IMG/VR virus record: IMGVR_UViG_3300009177_000720
Strand: one strand, 5' to 3'
DNA: 64,000 nucleotides
DNA from: a virus
The notes under the pieces are model-generated. The model saw only the letters and a list, made by a program, of their open reading frames with translations. It had not been told where the DNA came from and did not search any database. This document shows positions 56,309 through 64,000 of the stretch, one piece after another. A program made the translations under genes and the position numbers. Position 1 is the first letter of the stretch. Every line of letters starts with the position of its first letter.

Positions 56309-56623
56309 TTAGGATTCAGTTCTACATATATCAGCAAATGCGCTCCTAAAGGCGCTAGTCAAAACTATACCATTAATCCTTTTAACTTCATAACCATCTT
56401 CTAATATAATAACTGTTGGAATAGATTCTATATTGAATCTCTTACATAGACCTCTAAAATGGTCTGTGTCAATGGCGAAGAAATTAATATCTTTATACTT
56501 ATCTTCCATTTTGGAAATCATAGAAAGCATTTTCTTATGATATGGCATCCAGGCACTGTAAAAATAAAACGATTGCCTTTTACCCTTAAAAGATAAATCT
56601 TCTTCTTGAGTTAAGAACTTCAT
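56309..56623 (-). CDS. Thioredoxin-fold protein lacking CxxC
   Basis: FYFYSAWMPYHKKM (WCxxC position), FNIESIPTVII..DG.EVKRING. Confidence 0.75.
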   Translation of the reverse strand: MKFLTQEEDLSFKGKRQSFYFYSAWMPYHKKMLSMISKMEDKYKDINFFAIDTDHFRGLCKRFNIESIPTVIILEDGYEVKRINGIVLTSAFRSAFADICRTES

Positions 56624-56868
56624 TAATTTCCATTGGGTTTGTTAGCTAAATTCAAAGAATTAATTAATTCATCCAGATCGCCCGGAACACTAGCCCTTGC
56701 TAATAAGGATTTAGCAATCTGTTTGGCAAGAACATCCATCTCACTGGAAAGCTCTTCTTTCGTTACAATTCCCTTGGCAATGAGAACATTTTCTAAGGAT
56801 TTAAGACGCAGAAGGGCATCTGCTAGTAACATCTGGTCTTGTAGATCATCGGAAGCTTTTTTACTCAT
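56623..56868 (-). CDS. Hypothetical protein
   Basis: Start moved to MSKKASDD (AAGGTG RBS); LENVLIAKGIVTKEEL. Confidence 0.6.
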   Translation of the reverse strand: MSKKASDDLQDQMLLADALLRLKSLENVLIAKGIVTKEELSSEMDVLAKQIAKSLLARASVPGDLDELINSLNLANKPNGN

Positions 56869-56875
56869 AAACACC

Positions 56876-57415
56876 TTATTTCGAACAGCATTTCTTATAT
56901 TTCTTTCCAGAGCCACAGATACATGGGTCGTTAGGTCCAACCTTTTTCTTATTGACTACTGGAACGGGCTTTGGAGCCATTCGGTCCATAAACAACGTAG
57001 AATTTAGGTGGTCTAGCTCGTGTTGACAGACAACCGCAATCAATCCTGTTGCCACAAAACGATGTGGAGCTACAAGATTATTGGTGATGTATACCTCTTG
57101 AAAACGAATGGTATTTTCGACACGTCCCGGAAAAGACAAACACCCCTCCTCTTTGAAAAGAGTGGGGTCAAAGCCTTGCTCAACTTTACAATTTACTAGG
57201 TTTAAAGATAGATCACTGCCCTTGCCCAATCGGATAATTGCGATATTTTTCGCGATGCCAATCTGTGGTGCAGCTAACCCAATGCCACCCTTCCCTAGAC
57301 GGTTAGCATAACTTAACTCAGCCTCTAACTTATCTATAAGAGCGCCAACTTCTTCAGGTAAAACGTCTTCACATTTTACGCGCAGAGCCTCTTCATTATT
57401 TGTAATAATCATCAC
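56876..57415 (-). CDS. def: Peptide deformylase with C-terminal SEC-C motif
   Basis: [23 protein letters not shown]; [20 protein letters not shown]. Confidence 0.92.
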   Translation of the reverse strand: MMIITNNEEALRVKCEDVLPEEVGALIDKLEAELSYANRLGKGGIGLAAPQIGIAKNIAIIRLGKGSDLSLNLVNCKVEQGFDPTLFKEEGCLSFPGRVENTIRFQEVYITNNLVAPHRFVATGLIAVVCQHELDHLNSTLFMDRMAPKPVPVVNKKKVGPNDPCICGSGKKYKKCCSK

Positions 57416-57427
57416 TTACCTATATAA

Positions 57428-57631
57428 CTACTTACGCCCGCAGTTGCAGCCTCTTTTCCCGGCACGTTCGGCAGGGAAAACTATCTTTTTAAGACAAACC
57501 GAGCACTGTTTATTAACGGCCGAGCAGTCATCACATAAAACAGAAATATTAGTTAATACGACGCCTTGACAACGAATACAAGATTTGTTAGTCTGCAAGT
57601 AAGCTAGTCTAGTACAGTTTGGACATAACAT
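57428..57631 (-). CDS. Small Cys-rich protein
   Basis: CPNC, CIRC, CDDC, CSVC, CNC. Confidence 0.6.
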   Translation of the reverse strand: MLCPNCTRLAYLQTNKSCIRCQGVVLTNISVLCDDCSAVNKQCSVCLKKIVFPAERAGKRGCNCGRK

Positions 57632-57635
57632 ACTT

Positions 57636-57648
57636 ATATTCTAGCATA
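57636..57648 (+). promoter_or_regulatory. Putative late promoter motif on the + strand (ATATTCTAGCATA)
   Basis: ATAW-N4-GCATA oriented toward the only plus-strand gene. Confidence 0.5.
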
Positions 57649-57667
57649 GTAATACAGAGAGGCGACT

Positions 57668-57826
57668 ATGGACGCATTTTACCCTTTTATGCACGAACCC
57701 GAGCAGAAAAAGAAAGAAGAGATGGAACCATTACCTCTGTATATCGAGATGGAACCGCCACCACCAAAGGTGCCCGCTCAAGAAAAAGAAGACGAAAAAA
57801 GAGTAATAATCATAGAGATACTATGA
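57668..57826 (+). CDS. Small protein, 52 aa (MDAFYPFMHEPEQKKKEEMEPLPLYIEMEPPPPKVPAQEKEDEKRVIIIEIL); not in ORF track
   Basis: GAGAGG RBS 5 nt before ATG; fills the gap exactly; stop abuts the convergent gene's stop. Confidence 0.7.
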   Translation: MDAFYPFMHEPEQKKKEEMEPLPLYIEMEPPPPKVPAQEKEDEKRVIIIEIL

Positions 57827-58078
57827 TTACTCCTTGTCCTTCCTAGAATCAAGAATAGTCTTTACCTCACCAAATAGAGACTTGGCCTCGGCAAACTTCA
57901 AATAAGAATTGACGATCTCACGGACTTCACGATAGTCTTCGGCTGGATCTGAGCTATCAAGGCATGCCTGGCAAACCTTAAAGCTAGTCGTATTGATAGA
58001 AGATAGAGCTACGCTCTCCAACTCTCCTGGATCAAATTCCTCAGCACATACTATGCAATTACAGCTTACCTTGGTCAT
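57827..58078 (-). CDS. Small zinc-binding protein
   Basis: CIVC...CQAC; start moved to MTKVSC; CGATATATA at 58088-58096. Confidence 0.6.
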   Translation of the reverse strand: MTKVSCNCIVCAEEFDPGELESVALSSINTTSFKVCQACLDSSDPAEDYREVREIVNSYLKFAEAKSLFGEVKTILDSRKDKE

Positions 58079-58130
58079 GGTCAGTCCTATATATCGAGTG
58101 AGACTATATAGTATTCTGTAATATTGCATG

Positions 58131-58212
58131 GTTGGGAGGAGGAAATTATTTGATAATTTACCACTCCCAACTGTACAATTTTTGTCTGAATTGTTGATTT
58201 TGTCAACAATTC
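58131..58212. other. Two adjacent stem-loops in an intergenic region
   Basis: GTTGGGAG...AAATTAT-TTG-ATAATTT...CTCCCAAC and GAATTGTTGA-N5-TCAACAATTC. Confidence 0.65.
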
Positions 58213-58230
58213 TCTATAGTTCTACCGTAA

Positions 58231-58743
58231 TTAGGTGTTTCCCAAGAAATCATCCCAGTCACCATGCCAATGTTCCTGAGGATCAGCGACATAATTATGA
58301 GAAGAAAATGATGGGTGGGTTGGTCTTTTAAGAAGAACCATTCCAGCCTGTTCTGGCGTTCTGTCTGCCTTTTTATTGTTGCAAATCTGGCAAGAAACTA
58401 CACAGTTAGTAAAGGACGTAACACCGCCTTGCGCTCTTGGTAGAACGTGGTCCATAGTGATTTGTCCTGCCGTTAGCTTCTTGTTACAGTATTGGCAAGT
58501 GCTTTTATCTCTTTTAACTAAAGCTTTACGGCTAAAGTTTGAGTTGAAGTAATTTCGTCTAACGTGATTCTTCAACCTTAAGATAGAAGGATGCTTAACC
58601 TTTCCAGATCCCCAAACGATATAGTCTTCCCAAGCTGAGATTACCTCAACCTTGTCTTTGAACAAGAGCTTGAAGACTTTTCTTTCGGGAATGAAAGAAA
58701 GCACTTCGTAACTGGCATTTAATAAAAGGGTTTTCTTAGACAT
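58231..58743 (-). CDS. HNH endonuclease (McrA-like)
   Basis: LLLNASYE, RDKSTCQYC, TMDHVLPRAQGG, NCVVSCQICNNKK. Confidence 0.88.
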   Translation of the reverse strand: MSKKTLLLNASYEVLSFIPERKVFKLLFKDKVEVISAWEDYIVWGSGKVKHPSILRLKNHVRRNYFNSNFSRKALVKRDKSTCQYCNKKLTAGQITMDHVLPRAQGGVTSFTNCVVSCQICNNKKADRTPEQAGMVLLKRPTHPSFSSHNYVADPQEHWHGDWDDFLGNT

Positions 58744-58792
58744 AGTAGTAGCGTAATCCTTGAAAATTAAAAGGTCAAGGCCGCTTGCAATT

Positions 58793-59488
58793 CTATAATT
58801 TAGCTAGCGAAACCCTGATGTCCTCATCGTTACAGATTTCATTCCCCAAGCAAACCCAGCCGGGGCGATGTCTGCGGGCGAACAGTTCCAATCTGTTTCC
58901 TGCTGGAAACATAATATCCAATGAATCTTGCAAATCTTCTGGCTTGGCAGAGTGTCGAAGGTTCGGAGCAAAACTCACGGAACGCTGGGATTTGTTCTTT
59001 AATGACTTATATATCTTACTATTACTTACGCCTATTAAACAAATTTCGTGGGTTTGTCTAAACAATCTACCCATCCCAAAAGCTAACATCGTAGAATATT
59101 TAAACTGCCCAACTGCCGCAATAAATCTCTTAATAGCTTCAAAACGCTGCAAATTTTTTATGTCTTTAGTTAATTGCTTAGTAAAATACTTAAGCAATTC
59201 GGTTAGAGGCTGCTTCTTAGTTTTAACCCAAACATAAGTCTGTTTATGAGCAAAGCCCCAGCTCTTCATGGTATCCAAGCCTTCTTGAAGAAGGGATGAC
59301 GGTACCCAGAGAGCTAAAATGGTTCCGTTCCGAGTATCAATAAAGGGCTGCATGGGTAGCTCACGAATGTCTTTAATTGACATCACGCTGTAGTTGGCCT
59401 CCGCCCCACGCTTGACTTCGGACATTTTTAATGAATCTTTAAATGGCCAAGGAGGGTCAGCCACTATGACGCGAAATTTCTTACTCAT
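58793..59488 (-). CDS. MT-A70 family N6-adenine methyltransferase
   Basis: VIVADPPW, YSVMS, LALWV, SWGF...YVWVK, HSAKPE, LELFARR. Confidence 0.88.
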   Translation of the reverse strand: MSKKFRVIVADPPWPFKDSLKMSEVKRGAEANYSVMSIKDIRELPMQPFIDTRNGTILALWVPSSLLQEGLDTMKSWGFAHKQTYVWVKTKKQPLTELLKYFTKQLTKDIKNLQRFEAIKRFIAAVGQFKYSTMLAFGMGRLFRQTHEICLIGVSNSKIYKSLKNKSQRSVSFAPNLRHSAKPEDLQDSLDIMFPAGNRLELFARRHRPGWVCLGNEICNDEDIRVSLAKL

Positions 59489-59502
59489 ATGAATCTCTGA
59501 TG

Positions 59503-60324
59503 TTAGGACTTAATGATAACCGTTTGTAATTCAAGTGGGGATTGACTTCCATCAACTTGAATATCTTGGGTAGCCTCAAGTCTTTCTTTAGTGGTTGCTT
59601 CTAATTTTCTAATGATAATACGATAACTACCAATTCCTAAAGAAGCCATCCACTTACCAGTTCCATTGGTTCTGGTTTTTGCAATTTGTTGCATAGTAGA
59701 TAAATCAATAATTTCGACATCGGCCAAAAATAAAGACTTACCCTGGCTATTTACTACTCTCTGCATGACCGGCACCACATTCTGGCCCGGATTATTCTGC
59801 TTAGCTTGTCTTGAAGACACTTCCGCCTTAGGAGCGGGAGGAACCACAACCTCGGCTGTTACGGATGACGTGCGGCCTGGAGGTGGGTCATTGGGGTTTC
59901 TGCCAACTGGAGCTTTTGGAATCTGAGTAGGATACTTTGGAGTAACCATAGGTGAAGACTTTTGTAGGTAGACATCATCTCCTGCAAATGTTTCGGGACG
60001 AGAAGTTCTTCTAAACCCCTTGGGCTCAGTCTCTAATGGTAGGGTAGCTTCCGGAGATACTGGAATTTGTCTCTCTGAGTCTAAATCAAATCCTTGTTGG
60101 AACGGCGAAACGGTCATAGCCGGGGCACGAGTAGTGTTAACGGCTTCCACCATAATCTTCTGGGGAACGGTTGCCTGTTTTTCCAAAGTCTGTAATACTG
60201 AATTTAATTTATTAGACAGAATTTTAATATTCAAATCCTGGGCACGGATAATACTTAAAGCAACATCCAGCTTTTGCTCAAGTTCTAATAATATATCTGT
60301 TGCTTTTCGTGGTTCGGAAGTCAA
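59503..60324 (-). CDS. Protein with N-terminal coiled coil and C-terminal transthyretin/carboxypeptidase-regulatory-like domain
   Basis: VVNSQGKSLFLADVEI...TRTNGTGKW...LGIGSYRIII. Confidence 0.55.
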   Translation of the reverse strand: MTSEPRKATDILLELEQKLDVALSIIRAQDLNIKILSNKLNSVLQTLEKQATVPQKIMVEAVNTTRAPAMTVSPFQQGFDLDSERQIPVSPEATLPLETEPKGFRRTSRPETFAGDDVYLQKSSPMVTPKYPTQIPKAPVGRNPNDPPPGRTSSVTAEVVVPPAPKAEVSSRQAKQNNPGQNVVPVMQRVVNSQGKSLFLADVEIIDLSTMQQIAKTRTNGTGKWMASLGIGSYRIIIRKLEATTKERLEATQDIQVDGSQSPLELQTVIIKS

Positions 60325-60333
60325 GGTTGCTCC

Positions 60334-61026
60334 TTATTCTAAGAATACTCCAACTTTAATCTTTATTCTTTTAATAACTATTATATCATCAACAGAAGCA
60401 GGATTACCTTGAGAATATTCATGTTCTCCAAATACCAACAGCCTTGTTTGTTCTTGAATTAGATCCAACGGACCAGAACAAATTACTTCACCAGATAATA
60501 TTAGAAGATATTCTTCTTCCTCTAAATTAGAGATTATAGCAGATAATTCACTATCTGGAACGTGTTGTCTTATATCTTCTTCGGTCACAAAGACATTGTT
60601 TTGGAGCGGGCGAGCCATAACAGGTTCTTCAGGCAACCCGAGGGCGGTTGCACTAACGAACTCGTTATTATCAACCATAGTATGATTGCTGTCTACTTCA
60701 GAAAGATCATCGATAATCTCTCCATCCACACCAGACCAAGTTTGTTCTATATTGTTGCCTACATTAGGAAGTGGCCCTCGCCCTCTTCCAATAGGTGACT
60801 GCACAGCCTCAGCATAAGGTTGACGAATAGCGGGACGTGGGTTCCTCGGATTGTCCTGAGACGGAGGAGCCTGGTTCACTGAACCCTGATAATCAGGGGC
60901 CAAGGGGCTTTTGTATTCCCCAGGTTCGACACCCATAAGCTGATATTGTGGAACATATGGTTTATGTGCATCCGGCTGATTTCTAGCCGGATTTTTGTAA
61001 ACTTTTATTTTATCTTTGGTTGACAT
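60334..61026 (-). CDS. Hypothetical protein
   Basis: 230 aa; Pro-rich N-terminus. Confidence 0.55.
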   Translation of the reverse strand: MSTKDKIKVYKNPARNQPDAHKPYVPQYQLMGVEPGEYKSPLAPDYQGSVNQAPPSQDNPRNPRPAIRQPYAEAVQSPIGRGRGPLPNVGNNIEQTWSGVDGEIIDDLSEVDSNHTMVDNNEFVSATALGLPEEPVMARPLQNNVFVTEEDIRQHVPDSELSAIISNLEEEEYLLILSGEVICSGPLDLIQEQTRLLVFGEHEYSQGNPASVDDIIVIKRIKIKVGVFLE

Positions 61027-61037
61027 ATCAATTCCAG

Positions 61038-61412
61038 TTATTCTGGAGAATTATCAGATCTAGGTCTACGTGACTTGAAGGATTTCTTAGCATCACGAGG
61101 AGGTCTAGGATTATCCATCTCAACACGCTTCCTTTTCATCTCATTGCGCTTTCTCCTACGCTTGTCAGATGCCTTCTCATACGATTGTTTTTCTTTGTAT
61201 AAGGAAAGAATGCGTTCTTTTTGAACTAGTGCCCTAAATGCTCGAAGAGCTTTGTCAAAGTTGTTATTATAAACTTTAACTTCCAAGGGTTGGGCTTGCA
61301 CAGGCTCAATGTGTGCAAATTTGTCGTTGACGACGACTGGCTGCGATTCACCTCCCTTCGGTGCCTTCTTGTAGGAATTTCTCCTTGGTTTCTTATAATT
61401 ACTGTCTCTCAT
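61038..61412 (-). CDS. rpsU: Ribosomal protein bS21 homolog with N- and C-terminal extensions
   Basis: EVKVYNNNFDKALRAFRALVQKERILSLYKEKQSYEKASDKRRRKR. Confidence 0.8.
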   Translation of the reverse strand: MRDSNYKKPRRNSYKKAPKGGESQPVVVNDKFAHIEPVQAQPLEVKVYNNNFDKALRAFRALVQKERILSLYKEKQSYEKASDKRRRKRNEMKRKRVEMDNPRPPRDAKKSFKSRRPRSDNSPE

Positions 61413-61427
61413 TGCTGATGACCCGTT

Positions 61428-62744
61428 TTAACCTTTAAAGTATTTGTCAGTATTAATGGTATTACCATTATTCAAAGCATTTTTGTCTTTTACAAGACGA
61501 GTAAGCGTATTATCTATATCTTTGGTTGTTGGAGCTTTTCTATTATGAGCAATGGCTTCAAACATAGAAGATATATAAAGTTCTCTCAAATAAGCATAAG
61601 ATAGTTCATACTTCTCAGCGCATTTGGCAAGATCGCGGCACTTTTTAGTGTCGATAATATTGCCAAACCACCTCTTAAGGTATATATAAGCCATTTCCTG
61701 ATTTGGAAGAGGGATATCGAACTTTCTATCAAATCTCGATGGTCTACGAGTAATGTTGGTCTTTAGCTTCTTAACATCATTAGCTGTTGCAATAACCAAC
61801 AGACCATTCTTAGAAGAAATGCCATCCAGTAGATTCAAGAAGGTTGAGACATCAAACCCGTTCTCAATAAGAGAGTCCAAGTCTTCAATGTAAAGAAGGG
61901 ACGGGCTTTGTTCTTCTGCGTAAGAGAAGGCTTCACGCAAGGTCTCTGAATTGGCGCCGGGCATAATAGTAACCGGCTTGAAGTTGTACTCAGAGATGAT
62001 AGTTCTAATAATAGAGGTCTTACCATTGCCCGGTTGACCATATAGTAGGAATCCTCTCTTCCAAGGAATCTTCTTTTCTATATAGAAATCACGAGAAGAT
62101 AAAAAGTTCTCTACCAAATCCTTTAATTCGGTCTTAATGTCTTCTGGCAAGAATAAATCATTCCAGGTTGCATCCTTAGTGTATGGAATATCCTCTCCAT
62201 CAACCACATGAATGTGCAGGTTACTACGGTCTCTTTCTTGTACCCACGCATCAAAACTATTACGTAGCTTAAGATAAGCCTCATAATTACTTTCAGATGC
62301 AATTACAAAGAAACTGATTTCATCTTCATTCTGATTTCCCTTATGAAAGAGGGCGGCATGCAAAAACTCTACACCCCTAGCTTGAATTAGGAAAACCCCT
62401 TGTGCAAAAAACTTCTCAAGATCATGATCAGTTTTCCATGAAATGAAAGAGTCTTTATAAAGACAGGTTACGGTGATTTTGTTTTCCTCACAAAACTGCA
62501 TAAATTGTCCATCTACGATGATTCGATTATGAACAAATTTATTCAAACCCTTAGTATCTTTAAGGTGTTGCTTAAAGCAAGCCTCAGTCCAATTCATTAA
62601 ATCAATGAAATTGGCTGGTGGGCGTGGTTCTGACGGAGTCGTTACCTTGCCCTGCATTTGCTTTACTCTTTGCAAGGAAAGATTTTCTTGACGCTCTAAA
62701 TCTTCAGGAGCCAAGTAAGTTTTCGATTCAATTTTTTTATTCAT
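61428..62744 (-). CDS. AAA+ ATPase (classic AAA clade)
   Basis: RGFLLYGQPGNGKT, LYIEDLD, FLNLLDG, IATAN, RRPSRFDRK. Confidence 0.88.
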   Translation of the reverse strand: MNKKIESKTYLAPEDLERQENLSLQRVKQMQGKVTTPSEPRPPANFIDLMNWTEACFKQHLKDTKGLNKFVHNRIIVDGQFMQFCEENKITVTCLYKDSFISWKTDHDLEKFFAQGVFLIQARGVEFLHAALFHKGNQNEDEISFFVIASESNYEAYLKLRNSFDAWVQERDRSNLHIHVVDGEDIPYTKDATWNDLFLPEDIKTELKDLVENFLSSRDFYIEKKIPWKRGFLLYGQPGNGKTSIIRTIISEYNFKPVTIMPGANSETLREAFSYAEEQSPSLLYIEDLDSLIENGFDVSTFLNLLDGISSKNGLLVIATANDVKKLKTNITRRPSRFDRKFDIPLPNQEMAYIYLKRWFGNIIDTKKCRDLAKCAEKYELSYAYLRELYISSMFEAIAHNRKAPTTKDIDNTLTRLVKDKNALNNGNTINTDKYFKG

Positions 62745-62775
62745 TCGTAACAGGCTCGTTCTTTCTATTCGAAAA

Positions 62776-64000
62776 TCACGCTGCGTTTACAGATTTGAAT
62801 GGCTTGGTATTCCTGCACTTCGGAAAGGACGAACATGCCAAGAACTTCGAACCATCTGCTTTTGCCGTTCTGGTTGCCATCGGGCTACCACATTGGTCGC
62901 AAAGCAATCCTCCATGACCTAAATATGCCTTATCCAACTCTTTTTTGAATTCTGGAAAAAACTTTTTTAGCATGTCAATATGATTTACTTTACCACTTTC
63001 GATTTCATCGAGTTGATGTTCCATCTTGGCGGTGTAGTTGTAATCCATAAAAGTAAAGTACTGACTCAACTCATCAGTAATCTTTTTGCCAAGATCGGTC
63101 GCATGGTAAACATTACCCTTCTTCTCAACGTAAGTACGTGCAGTAATCTTGCTTAGAAGTTCAGCGTAAGTAGCGGGGCGACCAATGTTTCTGTTTACTA
63201 GTTCTTTGATGAGCTTATCTTCAGAAAAGCGGGGAGGTGGTTGAGTGGACTTCTTTTCCATCTTTAGTGCACCCTTACCCGTCAAGGTAACAGCGTCCCC
63301 AACAGAAACGGCAGGAATATTGATTCCTTCACCATCATCCACACCAAACATTTCTAGATAGCCCTTGTCCTTGAGCGCTTTACCGCCAGCCTTAACCTTG
63401 CATTTAGCATTGCCTTTTGGATGAGCTGTCACGGAAAGAGTATCATACACGGCCGGCGTCATTTGGCTGGCCACAAAGCTCTTCCAAATAGTCTCATAAA
63501 CAATAACTTCATCTGGATCAATAATCGCATATTGCTTTCCAGGCACCAAATCTAAATCCGTTGGATGAATACATTCGTGGGCGTCCTGGACGGCATCCTT
63601 ATTTTTAAAGGCATTTGGCTTAGATGGAGTTGCGTATTTATTAGTTTTCAACCAAGAACGAACGGCTTCGATATCTTCATCGCCAACTCTAACGGAGTCA
63701 GTTCTAATGTAGGAAACATAACCACCTTCATACAAAGACTGAGCCGCCTTCATTGTTCGTTCAGCATCAAATCCATATGTTTTTGACATAATGCGCTGTA
63801 GGGTAGAGGTAACCAATGGTGCCTGCGGACTTCTCTTTTCTTCCGAAGCTAGAACCTCAGAAATAACATAGTCCTTAGTATCAAGGGATGCCTTGGCGGT
63901 ATCAGCATCCGCTTGGTTGGTCAATTTACCCGCATACTTAGCCACAAAGCTTTCACCCTTGGCAGTCGTTAGTTTAGTTTGAATAGTCCAGTAATCTTCT
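62776..64000 (-). CDS. topA: DNA topoisomerase IA (5' part outside window)
   Basis: EDYWTI, AQSLYE, SYIRTDS (catalytic Tyr), QDAHECIHPT, IGRPATY, C-terminal zinc ribbon; frame open to window end. Confidence 0.92.
   Translation of the reverse strand, partial: EDYWTIQTKLTTAKGESFVAKYAGKLTNQADADTAKASLDTKDYVISEVLASEEKRSPQAPLVTSTLQRIMSKTYGFDAERTMKAAQSLYEGGYVSYIRTDSVRVGDEDIEAVRSWLKTNKYATPSKPNAFKNKDAVQDAHECIHPTDLDLVPGKQYAIIDPDEVIVYETIWKSFVASQMTPAVYDTLSVTAHPKGNAKCKVKAGGKALKDKGYLEMFGVDDGEGINIPAVSVGDAVTLTGKGALKMEKKSTQPPPRFSEDKLIKELVNRNIGRPATYAELLSKITARTYVEKKGNVYHATDLGKKITDELSQYFTFMDYNYTAKMEHQLDEIESGKVNHIDMLKKFFPEFKKELDKAYLGHGGLLCDQCGSPMATRTAKADGSKFLACSSFPKCRNTKPFKSVNAA

Noticed and set aside
57619-57846. 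Plus-strand 75-aa ORF from the track
   Set aside because: TTG start, overlaps both neighbours; the alternative frame 57668..57826 has RBS, ATG and an exact fit.
2043-63786. Numerous plus-strand and alternate-frame ORFs in the track (e.g. 9524..9994, 11605..12144, 43297..43743, 58785..59237)
   Set aside because: They are shadows of longer minus-strand genes that have motifs and RBSs, and they have no recognisable features of their own.
1-64000. Bacterial chromosome or prophage interpretation (dnaE, recA, tig, def, rpsU, topA, dnaJ present)
   Set aside because: These genes are divergent, lack their usual bacterial operon neighbours, and are co-oriented and contiguous with terminase, portal and protease. 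No integrase or host-phage junction is visible.
1-64000. Stop-codon reassignment, as in some large phages
   Set aside because: Standard-code ORFs tile the window with full-length DnaE, TerL, SbcC and RecA; no fragmentation is seen.

Overview
This 64 kb window is best read as part of a large tailed-phage (jumbo/huge phage) genome, not a cell chromosome. It is AT-rich, densely coding in the standard code, and all but one gene lie on the minus strand. Left half (1-33.1 kb) is a head-morphogenesis region: probable major capsid start at the window edge, two decoration-like proteins, a 1190-aa prohead protease-scaffold, portal, large terminase, and about 20 unknown proteins mixed with three enzymes (Cys-phosphatase, lytic transglycosylase, CCA-type nucleotidyltransferase). 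Right half (33.2-64 kb), separated by an intrinsic terminator, covers replication, recombination and host takeover: DnaE, split DnaG, SSB, RecA, RuvC-like, SbcCD, Cas4-like nuclease, TopA, dNMP kinase, MT-A70 methylase, HNH, a sigma-region-4 protein, trigger factor, peptide deformylase-SEC-C, bS21, DnaJ, an M41 peptidase and an AAA ATPase. The best candidate for an undescribed system is a capsid cargo-loading and maturation code. Unrelated head-region proteins share a helical-hairpin module and an (L/F/I)-x-K-x-A motif resembling the Ala-P1 sites of assemblin-fold proteases. The CCA-type enzyme also carries a 25-aa peptide copied from the protease-scaffold repeat, which suggests a virion-packaged RNA-end enzyme. 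Nested in-frame scaffold starts, two promoter motif classes and two small genes missed by the ORF track are also visible. All family assignments come from motif recognition by eye; no searches were run.
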